A stretch of DNA of 64,000 nt from Trichoplax sp. H2 (lineage: Eukaryota), in assembly GCA_003344405.1 (NCBI GenBank), contig NOWV01000146.1, forward strand, positions 124,001 to 188,000, read 5' to 3'. Below the pieces are notes generated by a model. That model was not told the origin of the DNA and searched no databases. It saw nothing but the letters and a program-made list of their open reading frames with translations. The translations under genes and the position numbers were made by a program. Numbering within the stretch: the stretch's first letter is position 1; each line of letters opens with the position of its first letter. Shown here piece by piece: positions 29,395-42,631 of this stretch.

Positions 29395-30123
29395 AATGTT
29401 CAATTGACATTGACTACCTTAAAGTAGTTATAATATCTTGACTAGAATAGCAGATAGAATAGAAGCTAATTTTTTTTTTCACTTTCGATATCAAAGCTGT
29501 AACTTGTTCTATTAAACTAAATTAGTTAGGATAAGCGTGAAATAAAATTAGAAAAGCGATTTTACAAAGTAGTGGTAGTGTAATATTCTCTCCCAATATC
29601 TATACCTAGCATCGATATTGGAACATGAAGATACTTTCATCAACTTGGGTAACAAATTCATTTTACAGTACAGCGGTATTCCAATGTACTACATCGACAT
29701 GCTTACAGTCGATAGGGAGAATAAATCAACTAAATTGAATAGAAATGAACAGTTTTGTGTAGAATGTTCAATTGGCATAGGACTACCGTAAAGTAGTCAT
29801 ATCTTGACTAGAATAGCAGATAGAATAGAAGCTAATTTTTTTTTCACTTACGATATCAAAGCTAGAACTTATTCTATTAAATTAAATTAGTTAGGATAAG
29901 CGTGAAATGAGATTAGAAAACCGATTTTACAAAGTAGTGGTAGTGTAATATTCTCTCCAATATCTATACCTAGCATCGATATTGGAACATGAAGATACTT
30001 TCATCAACTTGGGTAACAAATTCATTTTACAGTACAGCAGTATTCCAATGTATTACATCGACATGCTTACAGTCGATAGGGAGAATAAATCAACTAAATT
30101 GAATAGAAATGAACAGTTTTGTG
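29395..30123. repeat. near-identical tandem duplication, period ~365 bp
   Basis: AATGTTCAATT..ATATCTTGACTAGAATAGCAGATAGAATAGAAGC..AGAAATGAACAGTTTTGTGT present twice (from ~29395 and ~29763). Confidence 0.95.
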
Positions 30124-30551
30124 TTGGTTGAGCATTTCAAAATTCAAAATGAAGTGATACTAGTACAACACATACATAACTTGTTAAGCTACGTATACCG
30201 AAAGAGTAAATTTGGCCTACTGTATTTCTTAATATACCTAGAATGAATTGGCTATGAAGGTAAAAAAACGAAATCAATTTTATTTTATTTTTTTTTTTTT
30301 GCTGTCTATTCTAAACTACCAAATTTCACCTAGTTAATACAATAGACCATAAGGTACAATTTTTTACAGATCACAAACCATACAAAGAAAGGGGTAGCCA
30401 ACGATAAATGAATTCTGGGTACCAAAAAAAATGAAATAACTCTCTAAACCAGTGCTTAATGGTAGTAGTCGGTCAAAGAACGACAATTAATAATTGAATA
30501 TCAAACTAAATATTTTGGATTTGAAGGCATCATCACTCAAATTTAAGCCAA

Positions 30552-30940
30552 CCTTGACAGTTGATAACTACCATTTTTAACCATTGACTATATATCAAAG
30601 AATGAAATAGATTAGTAACTGCGATGTATTCATTTTTAGCTTAAAACAACCCTCCTACTGTATTTAACACTTATGGACTTGACAGTGGATAACTATCATT
30701 TTATTTTTCAGCATTTATTATATTCAAGAATGAAACATTAATAGCTGTAAGCTATGCAGGCATGGATCAATTTTAACTTTAAAACAACCTCTTCTTTCTG
30801 ATTTAAACACCTATTCACTGGATCATTGATAACTATTACTTCATGCTTGAGCATCCATTCTATTGAAGAATGAAACATATTAATAACTATAAACTAAAGA
30901 AATATGTATTCATTTTTATTTTAAAATGACCCTCGTCTTT
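30552..30940. repeat. three diverged ~130-140 bp tandem copies
   Basis: GATAACTA..AAGAATGAAA..ATTTT..TTAAAA..ACC recurs three times. Confidence 0.75.
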
Positions 30941-31695
30941 GCAATTGAAATACAAGCGTACTTCTGATCAATTCAAAGATATTGTGAAGACATAGATTGA
31001 ATTTAAAATAACTATCTTACTACTGCTTAATAGAAGTCATTCTCCTATGAAGTAATTGGGGTGGAACGATAATACATAAAAAAACGCTTGACTATACAAA
31101 ATAACCCCGTCCTCAGAAATAGAAATGAGTAGTTGTATCAATAGAAGTATGATCATGTATTGATTGATTTAATTTTTAAGGCCTAGCTCTCATTATTCTC
31201 TGTTCCTTATTTACTTACAATATGTATGTATCATCAAATATAGATAAAGCGATAAACGGTAGATATTGTATGTGATAAGGTCATAAATAGAACTAGCAGA
31301 AGATTAGGGTGCGATTAATTTGCACTTAAAAATTCATCAATTGCATACACTATACATCTACCCTTAATACCTTTTGAGGACTATCAATCACCGTAGATAA
31401 GAACAAATTGAGATTATTATCAATGGAAAATATAAACTAGTAATGGACTTGATGAATTTTTTAATAAAGATGTACAGTACAGTATATTCTCCTCTAGCAT
31501 AATAATTTTATAGTTTATATTATTGTAAACGGAAAATATAAAACTAGTGATTCACTTGACAAATTTCCTCTAACCATACATCTTAGACGTTAATATAATG
31601 ATTTTATATCGTTATGTTATACTTGAAAATAACCAATTTTTTAATCATTTTACACTACACTGTTAAGCTAATATTGTTTCTATAATTAATATTAG

Positions 31696-34600
31696 ACGAA
31701 ATGGTACCCGAAGACCTACGATAATTCCATTCGAGCCTGCAGAACTATCGATACAAAATAGTGAAAAGCAGCTAAAACCATGCAATCCAGGAGTATTTAT
31801 ACTACATATGGTCAACCGACAGATATATCTTAGCTACAAGTATGTAAAAAGTGAATTATATAGTTATACAATTCTATTTCATCAGCTATAATGTTAAATT
31901 GACGTTATTAGCTATACTTTAACTCAATTAATAATTCAACCAGTATGATGTAACAATGTTGCTTATAATGTCAATATAGATCAGCTGAAAGGGAAATTAG
32001 CCATGCGCCAATATCGGTCACCGCAGAAGGTTATAACCTGAACAAGAAAAATTATACCGATATTAAAATGCTAATAGAATTTCATAGCAAACACCCTATC
32101 AATGGCACCTTACTATCGATACAGGTAAATTGAAATAACTTGAAAAGTTAACATATAAACTGTATATTTAGCCATAGCTGTTACCTCATAATTTCGTTTT
32201 TATAATGTACGATATATATGTATACTTAATTGATACGAAATATAGCAACAACCTGAATGCAACATTCCTGTTTGGAACGCTCCTGACATCAACCCTCAAG
32301 CAAAGAGTAAGCATCATCATCAATTAATGATTGGTAACGCGTTTGATGATATTCGCAAGAATGGACGCATCATTAAAATTTTAGTCAGTGCATCTCACAC
32401 TGGTTAGTAATATGAATAAATCATTTTTAGTACAATTGTAGTTTTTATCGATCATCGGTAGATGCGTTTATTTCGTTATTTTAATACTTGTTCAATCAAT
32501 CATACATACGTATATTCATTGTAGACTTCAATCAAGAGAGACAGATGTTATTAGAACGAGTCTTTCCGAAAATACGACTACATTGTTTTGAGCATGGATA
32601 TGATTTTCAAGCTATTGATGTAACCTGGGGTATTAAAAGCCTTATATTAGATGAGCACAATATTACTCGATTGACGTTAGATTTGCTACGTTACTGCCAA
32701 GAGCAATCCGTTGGGCCTAACTTTATCGTAAGTCATACAATTATGTTATAAAAGATTATTAAAAAAAATTACTGCTGTGTAAAACGTTTTGACATTTTAA
32801 AATCATAAATATGAAACGTATTCGATATTTTTAGACCTTAGTGGGTGACAGATATGGTTATCGTCCACTGCCAACTAAAATTTTCGATAAAGAATTTAAG
32901 CAGATGTTAGCAGCTATTGAAAATCAGGAGCATAGGAAATTTTTTACCGAGTGGTTTGTGTTAGATGAAAATTCTGTTCCTGCGACGCATGTATTACAGC
33001 CAATTAGTTCAGTATACCGTGATTTTAACTCAACAAGTAGCAATGCACGCAAGGCTGCCGAGGGAAATTGGCAGAAAGCATTCAATAGATTGCAAGATAT
33101 TTTATATTCAAGTCTGAAAGGAATATCTGACGAAAAAGCAAGACCGAAATATTTGCTATCTGGTCAGTATTTCAATATATATAGAGAGAGAGATAATGAC
33201 GTACGTCTTGCTCTCCTTTTACAATTATAGATTTACATAATTGGTATTATCTTACATAAATGACCATCCGTTAGGTCCATTAACAAATAATCTTTTTCTC
33301 ATTTCCACAGAAACCCATATGATCGCTCAGGAAGCCATATTGCGATCAGATAATCCTAACTTTAATTGTATCTTAATGCGTAGAAATATTACAGATATTA
33401 AAAAATTCGTTGGCAATGATTCTAAAATAAGTGATTACTTAGATGTTAACCCTGAATCTGGCGTTATCGATAGCCACGCTCAAGATTTGTTGTCAACACT
33501 TATTGATAACTACATCCCTTCTAGACTACACCATACCAACATATTGAGTTATGATGTAAAGTGGAAAGCTAATGTTGGAATCGACAAGAACAAATCAACA
33601 GATCATTCCAAGTATATGAATGGACTATGTACTGACGTTACGGAAAAGTTAACATCCTTAGTTGATCAAGCGATCCAAACGCATTCTTCGCTAAACTTTA
33701 ATGATGATGATCTCTATGAAGAAGTTAATCACCATACTGCGCTGTGTTTAACAAAATTTAATGAATTTCATGGATGCGAAGATCTCTTACAAGCTATCGA
33801 ACGTTATGTACGAAGTAATAGCAAACAACCTCTTGTATTATTAGGTCCCTCAGGATGTGGCAAAACATCATTAATATCTGCAGCTACTAGAGAATGCAAA
33901 AAATGGCTAGGATCATCTGGCTGTGTTGTTGTACGCTATTGCGGTACATCACCTGAATCTGGTAATATAAGATTACTGCTAAGAAGCGTATGTCAACAAT
34001 TTCGAAAAATTTATAACGGTGACCCAGCTACTACACCAGAGGTAAACCTATCAACATAACTCTTTTATTCTATCATAATTTACAACGTATCACTTGAGTA
34101 GTCCGTAATTATAACTTCCTTAACTATGCAGACTTATAAAGAACTAAGGGACGACCTAATGAAACGGTTAAAAATGGCTACCACCTTTTTTCCGCAAGTT
34201 CTTATAATTGATGGTTTAGATCAATTATCAGATGATGATAATGCACACGAAATACAATGGTTACCGAAGACATTACCGGAGTACGTTAAAGTTATCCTAT
34301 CAGTGAGATCAGACTCATCTAGTCCTGCTTTACGAAGTTTAAGGGTAAATTTCATTCACTGTGATTTATGTAATTATTCTTGCTCAAAATTTTTCTATTC
34401 AAAAAATTTTCCACAATCTTGATGTTTTAATAAATATACTCTTGATGTTGACCGTTTACACAGACAATATACGCAAGTGAATCAAACTTTCTAGAAGTAC
34501 CCCCTATGTCAGAATCTGAAGCCAGCATCGTTTTTGATATATGGATGAATACCAAAGCACGACGCCAAGTTGGTAGTGATCAAATAAATGCGATTATGCG

Positions 34601-37035
34601 TACTTTCTCCAAATGTCCTAAACCACTTTTTCTCAAGTTAATTTACGAAAGATCATGTAAATGGCATTCATATTCTAAAGGTGACGTAACATTTTTAGCC
34701 TCAACCTTAGAAGAAATTGTTGAACAACATTTCGAAACTTTAGAACAAAAACATGGAAAAGTTTTAGTTAGCTCTGCTTACGGATATATTACAGCCTCAC
34801 GCTATGGTTTAACAGAGTCTGAAATAGAAGATCTCTTATCATCAGATAACGACGTTATTACCGCTATCTATGATAAAAATGTCCCGACAGTTGCACGTAT
34901 TCCACCGATCACTTGGATCCGATTACGAGCTGATGCTGGTAGCTACTTAAGCTTGTATACCGCCAATCGAGGTCGTGTACTCAAATGGTTTCATCGATTT
35001 ATTGATGAATGCGCCGCAAGGCGATATCTATCCTCAGAACAACAACGTAAAAATAATTACACTGCCCTAAGTGACTATTTTCGCGGTACTTGGAGTAATA
35101 ATCGGAAAAAGCCTTGTAAGAATACAAGTGTGGACAGGTTATTACCTCCTCAACCACTAATATATAGCACCAAGGAAGGAAATAGGCCAATATACAATTT
35201 CCGTAAATTGGCTGAACTACCTTATCACTTACTTCGTGCAGGTAACAACTATCGTAAAAATGTACCATAATATAGTGTATGAAACGTTTAACAAAGAATT
35301 TTTGTTCTCTTTTTAAAAATACTACTAAAATAATATTGTTAGCATACCACTCACATGCACTACCGATTAATTATGGTATATTCTGAAAAGTAAATCATTC
35401 ATTTTATCAACTTATACTTTCCACATAGGTGAAATTGACAAAATGAAGGAAGAAACACTTTGTAATTATGAATTTATTTTGACCAAAGCTTGTGCAATGT
35501 CAGTGGCACAAGTTTTAGACGACATCAATCTTGCCCTTCAAAGTCCAGGAAGTGTCGGCGACAAAGAATTACAACTTCTACATGATGCTCTAGTAATATC
35601 TATGAATGCCCTCAAAATGGACCCTACTCAGCTTGCATCTCAATTAATTGGTCGAATTGGTCGAAGTGTTGATAAAAAATTAACACATTTAAATGCTCTC
35701 TTACAACAGGCAATGAAGCCATCAATCCCTAATTTAATTCCACGTCGAGAATGCTTAACTAGGCCTGGTAGTGAAAAACCAAACCTAGCTAGCATCGATA
35801 TGGCAAGTCTTAATATGGAAAAATTATATATGAATAATTCAAACGTCAATGTTACAACTACTTCAAAGAAACGTAAAACTTTTACAGTATGGAATGTTAA
35901 CAGTTGCCTTCCAGTCCGCTCATTTCGAAATATTACCGTTGATCAAATTGTTATCATGAAAAGCAACAAAATAGCTGTTTACTTCGATCGTCGAATTGTT
36001 ATCATTGATTTAGATTCCGGTGAAGTATTAAACAAGATCAAGGGATTTCACTATCAGCCCAAATTTCTTGATAATGAACACCTAGTAACTCTTTCTCGTG
36101 GTAGAAAATTTGTCAAGATCGTTAATGCTATATCGGGTGACTCTATTGCATCTTTAAAGGCAGATCAGAAAAATTGTATCGATCGCTTAATGGTTAGTAG
36201 TGCAGGTAGTTTAGCTTTATGTATTTACAAGACCGAGGAAAATATCATCGGATTTATTTCTTGGGACCTTAAAACAAAGCAACAATTACCTAAATTTGAT
36301 ATCAAAGATTATATCTTTAAAGAGCATATTATAAGATATTCGTCTCTAAGTGATGATGGCGAAATATTTGTTGCCGCTTCTGATGGAACACGTAAATCAG
36401 CAGAAAAGCAAGCTGCCGTAGTATTTGACGTAAAAAGCGGCAAAGTTAACTTTGGCCTATTGTATGAATCATCTCAAGCCAGAGGATTGCCAATTGGTTT
36501 TACATGTTTTACCATCTCGAAAGAGATTATATTATCTGGTTGCAAAGATAGTAGCCTTCGTTGCTGGAATAGAATTAACGGTAAAGTAATTCACTCATTA
36601 AAGGGCCATAGTAGGCCAGTTCAACAGATTCGAGTAGATGAAGATAGCTACCGTGCTATCACGGTTGCAAACCATCGTGAAGATAACAGTATCAGACTTT
36701 GGGATGTCAGACAAGGTTTACCTCTAAGTTGTTTTATACCAGATGAAATTCCTAAATGTGTTGGTATCACAAACTGTGGTTCATGGATTGTATTCTCCGT
36801 TGAAAAAGCCGAGAATTTAGGAGTACTTGGCCTCTTTTCGAATAAATCCGAGCCTGGTACTGTTAATGAAGAACGTGCTATCGATGATGCCTTCACTGAA
36901 ATCGATCTTGAATCTTGTTGTACAGCGCCACATGATCCATTTGATGGCGATGACGATGTTGATGAATATGAATTTGATGCAGTCACAATCGAAACCGACA
37001 CCTCAACAGACCCTATGACCAGTGATGACTTATAA
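31696..37035 (+). CDS. NACHT- and WD40-repeat protein (NWD1/NWD2-like; DUF4062-type N-terminus); 5' end uncertain
   Basis: Phase-consistent exons 31696-31839, 31980-32124, 32246-32402, 32525-32727, 32835-33162, 33311-34041, 34132-34344, 34464-35241, 35429-37035 (~1430 codons). Motifs: RIIKILVSASHTDFNQER..VFPKIR..FQAIDVTWGI, LVGDRYGYRPLP, Walker A GPSGCGKTS, Walker B VLIIDGLDQL, ITASRYGLTESEIEDLLS, RKLAELPYHL, WD repeats LSGCKDSSLRCWN/LKGHSRPV/DNSIRLWDV. First in-frame ATG seen at 31808; a further upstream exon is possible. Confidence 0.9.
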
Positions 37036-40000
37036 TAAAATAGCTGTTCCAACTTTTAATTATTAAAAAAATTTTTAATATTTTACAGACTTGTCTTGAA
37101 TGATAGATGTTTGTTCGTGCCATCAATTTAGACAACTGAATTTGTTCATTGATTCGAGCGTTGAATGACATGTGTAGAATGCGTTATTTGTAACGCTATT
37201 TACACTCATTCCGTTAAATACGTAATTACGATTTATCATTGAAGTTTACAGTATTTTCTTGCTATAAATTAGCTATAATGTTACGCTCGATTCTTAAAAT
37301 GATAATTTCAAATATCGTAATTGCTGCTTCTGCTTCAGTAAGGGTAACATGTTTCACAGTTCTTACATATACCATATTTTTATTCTACCCTTATAACGGA
37401 TCTGATTGAAGTAGTCAAAGCTGAAAAACGCGGTTGTCAGAAGACAACTACAATGACAGCTGCTTTATATCTATATGACATGGATTTAGGAGACGAAAAA
37501 TATGATGTAGTTTATTCTAAGAATTGAAAAATATTTTACTTTCCTACTAAAGTACTATGGCTAGATCTTTTAACGGAGATTGCCCATTATTAATATTATG
37601 GTATGCGGACTTTAGATGAAATAATCTCAATTGTAGGAAATAACAACTGATCTTTGCTTTTAACGGTAGCTGTAAAGTCTTGACTTTATTCTTTAGGTAA
37701 GTGATGGCTAAGTTCCAACACTACTCCTTCTTGATTTTCTACTAATGCGACGTTTTAAATATATTTGAATTGTATCACCTCGACTAAGATAATTACAAAA
37801 TTTTTTCAGTTTCAATCGAATATTCCAAAAAAATTTGTCCTAATTTACTAAGATCTCATTTTACTTGTACAATGATCTTCAACGTTACTAATCTGCCTAC
37901 CACAAAGAGTATGCAACGGTTTACTACCGAAATTGTTGTTGACTTAGCTGATGATCTATGTAACGTTGTAATATTTGAACTTTGTAGATAAAAATTTACT
38001 TTGCAGTTTGCACTTCCCTTTGAAAAGAAGGATAATATTAAAGTTTTTATGATAATCAATAAGGTATATGAGTATTAGAATTTCCGGTGTTACATTTCGA
38101 TCGGTGGATGATGTACTAAAATAGAAAAAATAAAAATAGTTAATGTTGTAAACTTGTAAAATAATACGTTATTACACATTTACCTATATTAAATACTACA
38201 TTATTTATAGGCAGCGCAGGGCAATAGAAGATAATGCAAAGATAAGTTTCAGCTATATGATTATTGAGATTGAAACGGATAGATAATAGGACTCTTATTG
38301 TGTTTTACAATAATATCTGTATTGCACATGCATAATTATCTATCAAATATCAGTAATACAGTAGATAAACCATCGAAACTGCTGCAACAACACATGAAAT
38401 AAAATAAATGTTTAGAAGTTCGTGTTTGCAGTATATGCACTGTACCACTCATATTCTGTAGTCAATACTGAAGACTATTATAAGATGAAACTTACTACTG
38501 TGATGTACTCCCATTTTAAAAGATCATTATGAACTAGTAGAAAGGTCCAACTTGGACCGCAACTGCTAAAAGAAAAAGTAAAACCTACTTGAACTGATTC
38601 GATTTATTGGAGAAGTTCTTGAATACTTTATTTCCACTCACTTGCTACAACCTACAACGAGATTACGCTGTCTCTCGGTTGTGGATGATTTATGAATAAA
38701 ATTTTTCTGTAACTTCTGTAAGAGTAAAGTCAAGAAAATCATAAAATTCATGCTAGGAGGACCTTCAGCAAGCCCTAACTATAGATAATTACCCAAGTTG
38801 GTTATATCCGCAATTAAAATAATAGAATTGCGAACACCAAATGCCATACTAGAAGAGAAAGAAAAACTCTGCAGAGTAGCAATCTTAGTTTGAACTGTAC
38901 GTGTATAAGAGCATCCTGTACATACTGGTATGTATCTAGTATGTATCTAGTAGTTCTGTGGATCGATTCTAAATAATAAATATATATAATAAGTACATAA
39001 GACACTATCGTGGACATATATAAACGTAGTAGAGCTCGCTTCCCTCATCATTTGAGCCTTTTTATATCTTTGCATAGCATTCTAGTACCTGGGCTTTATC
39101 GAAAGCCGAGGAAATGGCCTATGAAGCGGCTAGCTCAGTACTAGTATCTCCCATAACACTGATCGCAAATGTATCCTAGACATGAGCGAATTCTGATGTA
39201 TTCTATCGTATTGCCTCCAATATCCTATATGAATGCAACTTACGCTATCATACAGTAACTACATGAACTGATTTCATTCCTATGTACAGTTATAATAAAT
39301 ACTTGTAAGACCACCATTTACAATGCTATGAAACGTGGTGAAGAACTTAGAATCGGAATCCTGGCAGGCCTAACCATAAAAGAAACTGTTACATTGATAG
39401 TTGTCAACATCTAAATAAGAAAGTACCATTAGGAATCACAATTACAATCGCACAATATTATAATAACTACTATAGTATATCCAAGACTGTAATCGAATAC
39501 TATATCTAACAAATACCGAAGTTAATATCTATTTATTTAGAACTACATTCAACTGTATTCCGGCAAGGCTCTACTGCTAAATTTTAGTGCGCCACTGTCT
39601 GTCTCTTCCTTAATCATTTAAAATAACGTTCGGTAAATGCCAGAAGAAAACATAACAGCTACCGTCCCAAATCGGTAAGTAACAAGTAGAAGTAATCTAC
39701 CACTTAGCCACAAGATACGGTAACTGAATTCATAGCATACGTGTAATCACAGTTACTGAATAATGCCGCAGCATAGTATCTGTACACAGTGTACGGTCAT
39801 AAATTACTGGAAAAAGAAGACTTTTATTAATTTTCCAGTAGCCCTGAAATTATCATAGAAATCTACCATTTCCAGGTATGTCTACTACTGTACAACATTT
39901 CTATATCTATTATTCCTATTTCTGGGCAAATAAGCTATTTTTGTTATTAGAGCTACAATAATCAATAATCTATATCAGGTCCAAAAGAAGTGAGCGTACT

Positions 40001-40350
40001 AAGAAAATTGAAATGTTCAAGTCAGAAAATCAGCCATGATATCGGTACCGCGACTTCAGTTGTTATTTGTTAATGACAAGCTATGCGTAGATTTATTTGC
40101 AAGCGAAAATAGCCAGCATACCATGGTCTGTTCACAGTATACCGTAAACATATAAACTACTACAGGTAAGAACATCCAGTAGTATACAGTATTACACAAC
40201 ATTGAACAGCCCAATTTAATTTCAATCAATCAATTGAGCTACAAGATTAACAAGCAGCCATGTTGAACCTTGCGAGTTTTGCCTATTCCGCAGTGCTGCA
40301 AGAATGTAGAGTAGCTATAAATAGTAAAATCTCCCATCCTATCATCGGTT

Positions 40351-40424
40351 GGCGCTGTGGCTTAGTTGGTTAAAGCGCCTGTCTAGTAAACAGGAGATCC
40401 CCGGTTCGAATCCGGGCAGTGCCT
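40351..40424 (+). tRNA. tRNA-Thr (anticodon AGT)
   Basis: Acceptor stem GGCGCTG/CAGTGCC, D arm GCTT..AAGC (A box TGGCTTAGTTGG), anticodon arm CCTGT-CTAGTAA-ACAGG (AGT 40385-40387), T arm CCCGG-TTCGAAT-CCGGG. No intron, no encoded CCA. Confidence 0.98.
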
Positions 40425-40427
40425 CTC

Positions 40428-40442
40428 TTTTTGTTTTTTTTT
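40428..40442 (+). terminator. Pol III oligo-T terminator of tRNA-Thr
   Basis: T5-G-T9 starting 3 nt after the discriminator base. Confidence 0.85.
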
Positions 40443-42631
40443 CCTATTTTCATCCGTATTCTACTGTACAGTACTGACCACAGTATAGGGGATCATTCCA
40501 TAGTACTGTATACTAGGGTACCATATAGATAGAACATCCCGTAACAACAGTTTAAGGCGGTGACGTTAATGGGTTGTTTATTTGCCTTGTTTACTTCCAG
40601 TTGTTGTATATTGTTTATTTTATTTTTCATTAACTGAACCCGCTGAGCAAGGCAAAAGATCATTCCTTCCTTGCTTCATGTTCTATAACCATGTAGTCAT
40701 GGATAATTGGTATCAATTCCTCTGAAACTATCGTTAGTGAGGCATCATTAATTCTTGCATAAAAACATCTTGAAATACGAACTATATTAACCAAATTATG
40801 GACAGGCCATACGGTCGATGATGGGATATACAAGCTTGATACGAGTATAGTCAATTAGTCATGGACCACTAGATACTTTCTATAGGGTATAGTATCTAAT
40901 GGTCTAGGGTACAGTATAAAAACACGATAATAAAGTGTCCAGTAAATTAAATCTACTGTATATCAAACCCTCCCAATATTGTACAGTATTGTCGCTACAG
41001 TATTCACTATATTGATATATCATATAATGTCGACGGTGATAGCCTTGCATGCAATTCTGCCAACTGCTCTAGGACTACAATTAACAATGTCAACATAGTA
41101 TAGCAATGCTGAAATGGGTTGCATTGTAAGCTGCTAGAAGAGTTTGTTGTTGTAGTCATGAAGTTACTCAAATCACTTTAGAGTAGCCTACGATCGTTCA
41201 ACCTAGAAAACACGGCTTTAGTATACTTATATCTCTACGTGACTTAATGATGAAGATCCTTTCGAGGATTTTTTAATACATGTGCTACGCTAACAAATTT
41301 TAGCTTGCTTTTCGTATTTCATAAAATTAAAGAATGATCTTTTGTTTAAACATTTCAATTTAACGAATAGTAATATGATTCTATAATAAAACGGACAGCA
41401 TCGAGGATTGCTAAATGGAGATTGAGCTATTTTACAATAAGGAAATGCGCTATTTTATTGCAAGCACAATCTACCTTAACCATGTATGCATACAATTCCT
41501 TTTCATTTGACGGAGTGGCTACTAACAATACAATTGCGATAATCTCTCATCGCTAGAATTCAAAGTAGATTTTAATATCTGGGAAATTATCTCCGTGGTA
41601 AAATTATTACATACAGTACAGTAAAGCGTCTATAATCAATCATGCAAAAACGTCAACAACTTAGCAAATAAAATACTCATAGACACGAAGATTTTAGCTA
41701 AATTAAAAGCTTTTATGTCCATGTATAAATTTGATAAATTGCAATAATTAAATAAACAGGCAGGTAGCTCAAACGGAATATAATGATTACATTTGATTCA
41801 CTAATTTCGAAGCTGTAATAATTAATTAATTATTACTAGATTGTAATAACTATGTATTACCATTGATATGAACCTTAGTCAATTTACATTCACTAAATGT
41901 AACGAGCATATGAATAGGAATGGATCCTTAAACACATACAGCAACAAGTATATTTGTGAACGAATACTGCAATACATTGTTAATGATTCAATACGATTAT
42001 AAACTATAGTATAGATACAACTCCGCATAAATTCATATATCAGATACTGACAGTCCAAGCATAAAGATGAGAACAGTTGTAGTATATTTTGCGAAGGATA
42101 CATGAAAATATTGTATTATAAATCCAATAGGTATTATCTTTGAATAATATTAACTATATAGAAACTAGATTCATGATGTGCTTTAAAAATAGAACGAATA
42201 AATCGCTAAATAATGCAACATTATGCAATACCGTAATCGAGTGTAGACATTCCTAATAGTAACCTATTTTATAATTAGTGATTATGATCTCTCATACGTG
42301 TAACATGTAACTATGAAACCCGAAAATCATTAAAGCATGATTTCAATATTTTCCTCTTTCTAATACAATCATCGCAGTACAGAAACATATTCCTCCCTTG
42401 TAAAACATGACAATAAATCAGCACGTACACAGTATACATTAGCCATATCTCAAACATTATCTACAATTATTATAATAGCACAAAACGAAGAATTACTATC
42501 AGATCAGCAACTTTGCAATGAGTAGTAGCCTAGCTATATGTCATCCTAAACTTTAGCTAAGTTGATTATATCAGAATACAAGACAAGAAGTTACATTTGT
42601 AATTTCATCAAGGTTTTATATTAATAATTAA

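Noticed and set aside
34999-37052. Antisense and alternative-frame ORFs within the NWD-like exons
   Set aside because: Shadow ORFs of a long coding region.
38589-39410. Minus-strand exon-like segments (39409-39303, 38715-38589) with plausible splice sites
   Set aside because: The 39.3 kb segment has stops in all three frames and neither has a recognisable product; could be non-coding exons but unsupported.
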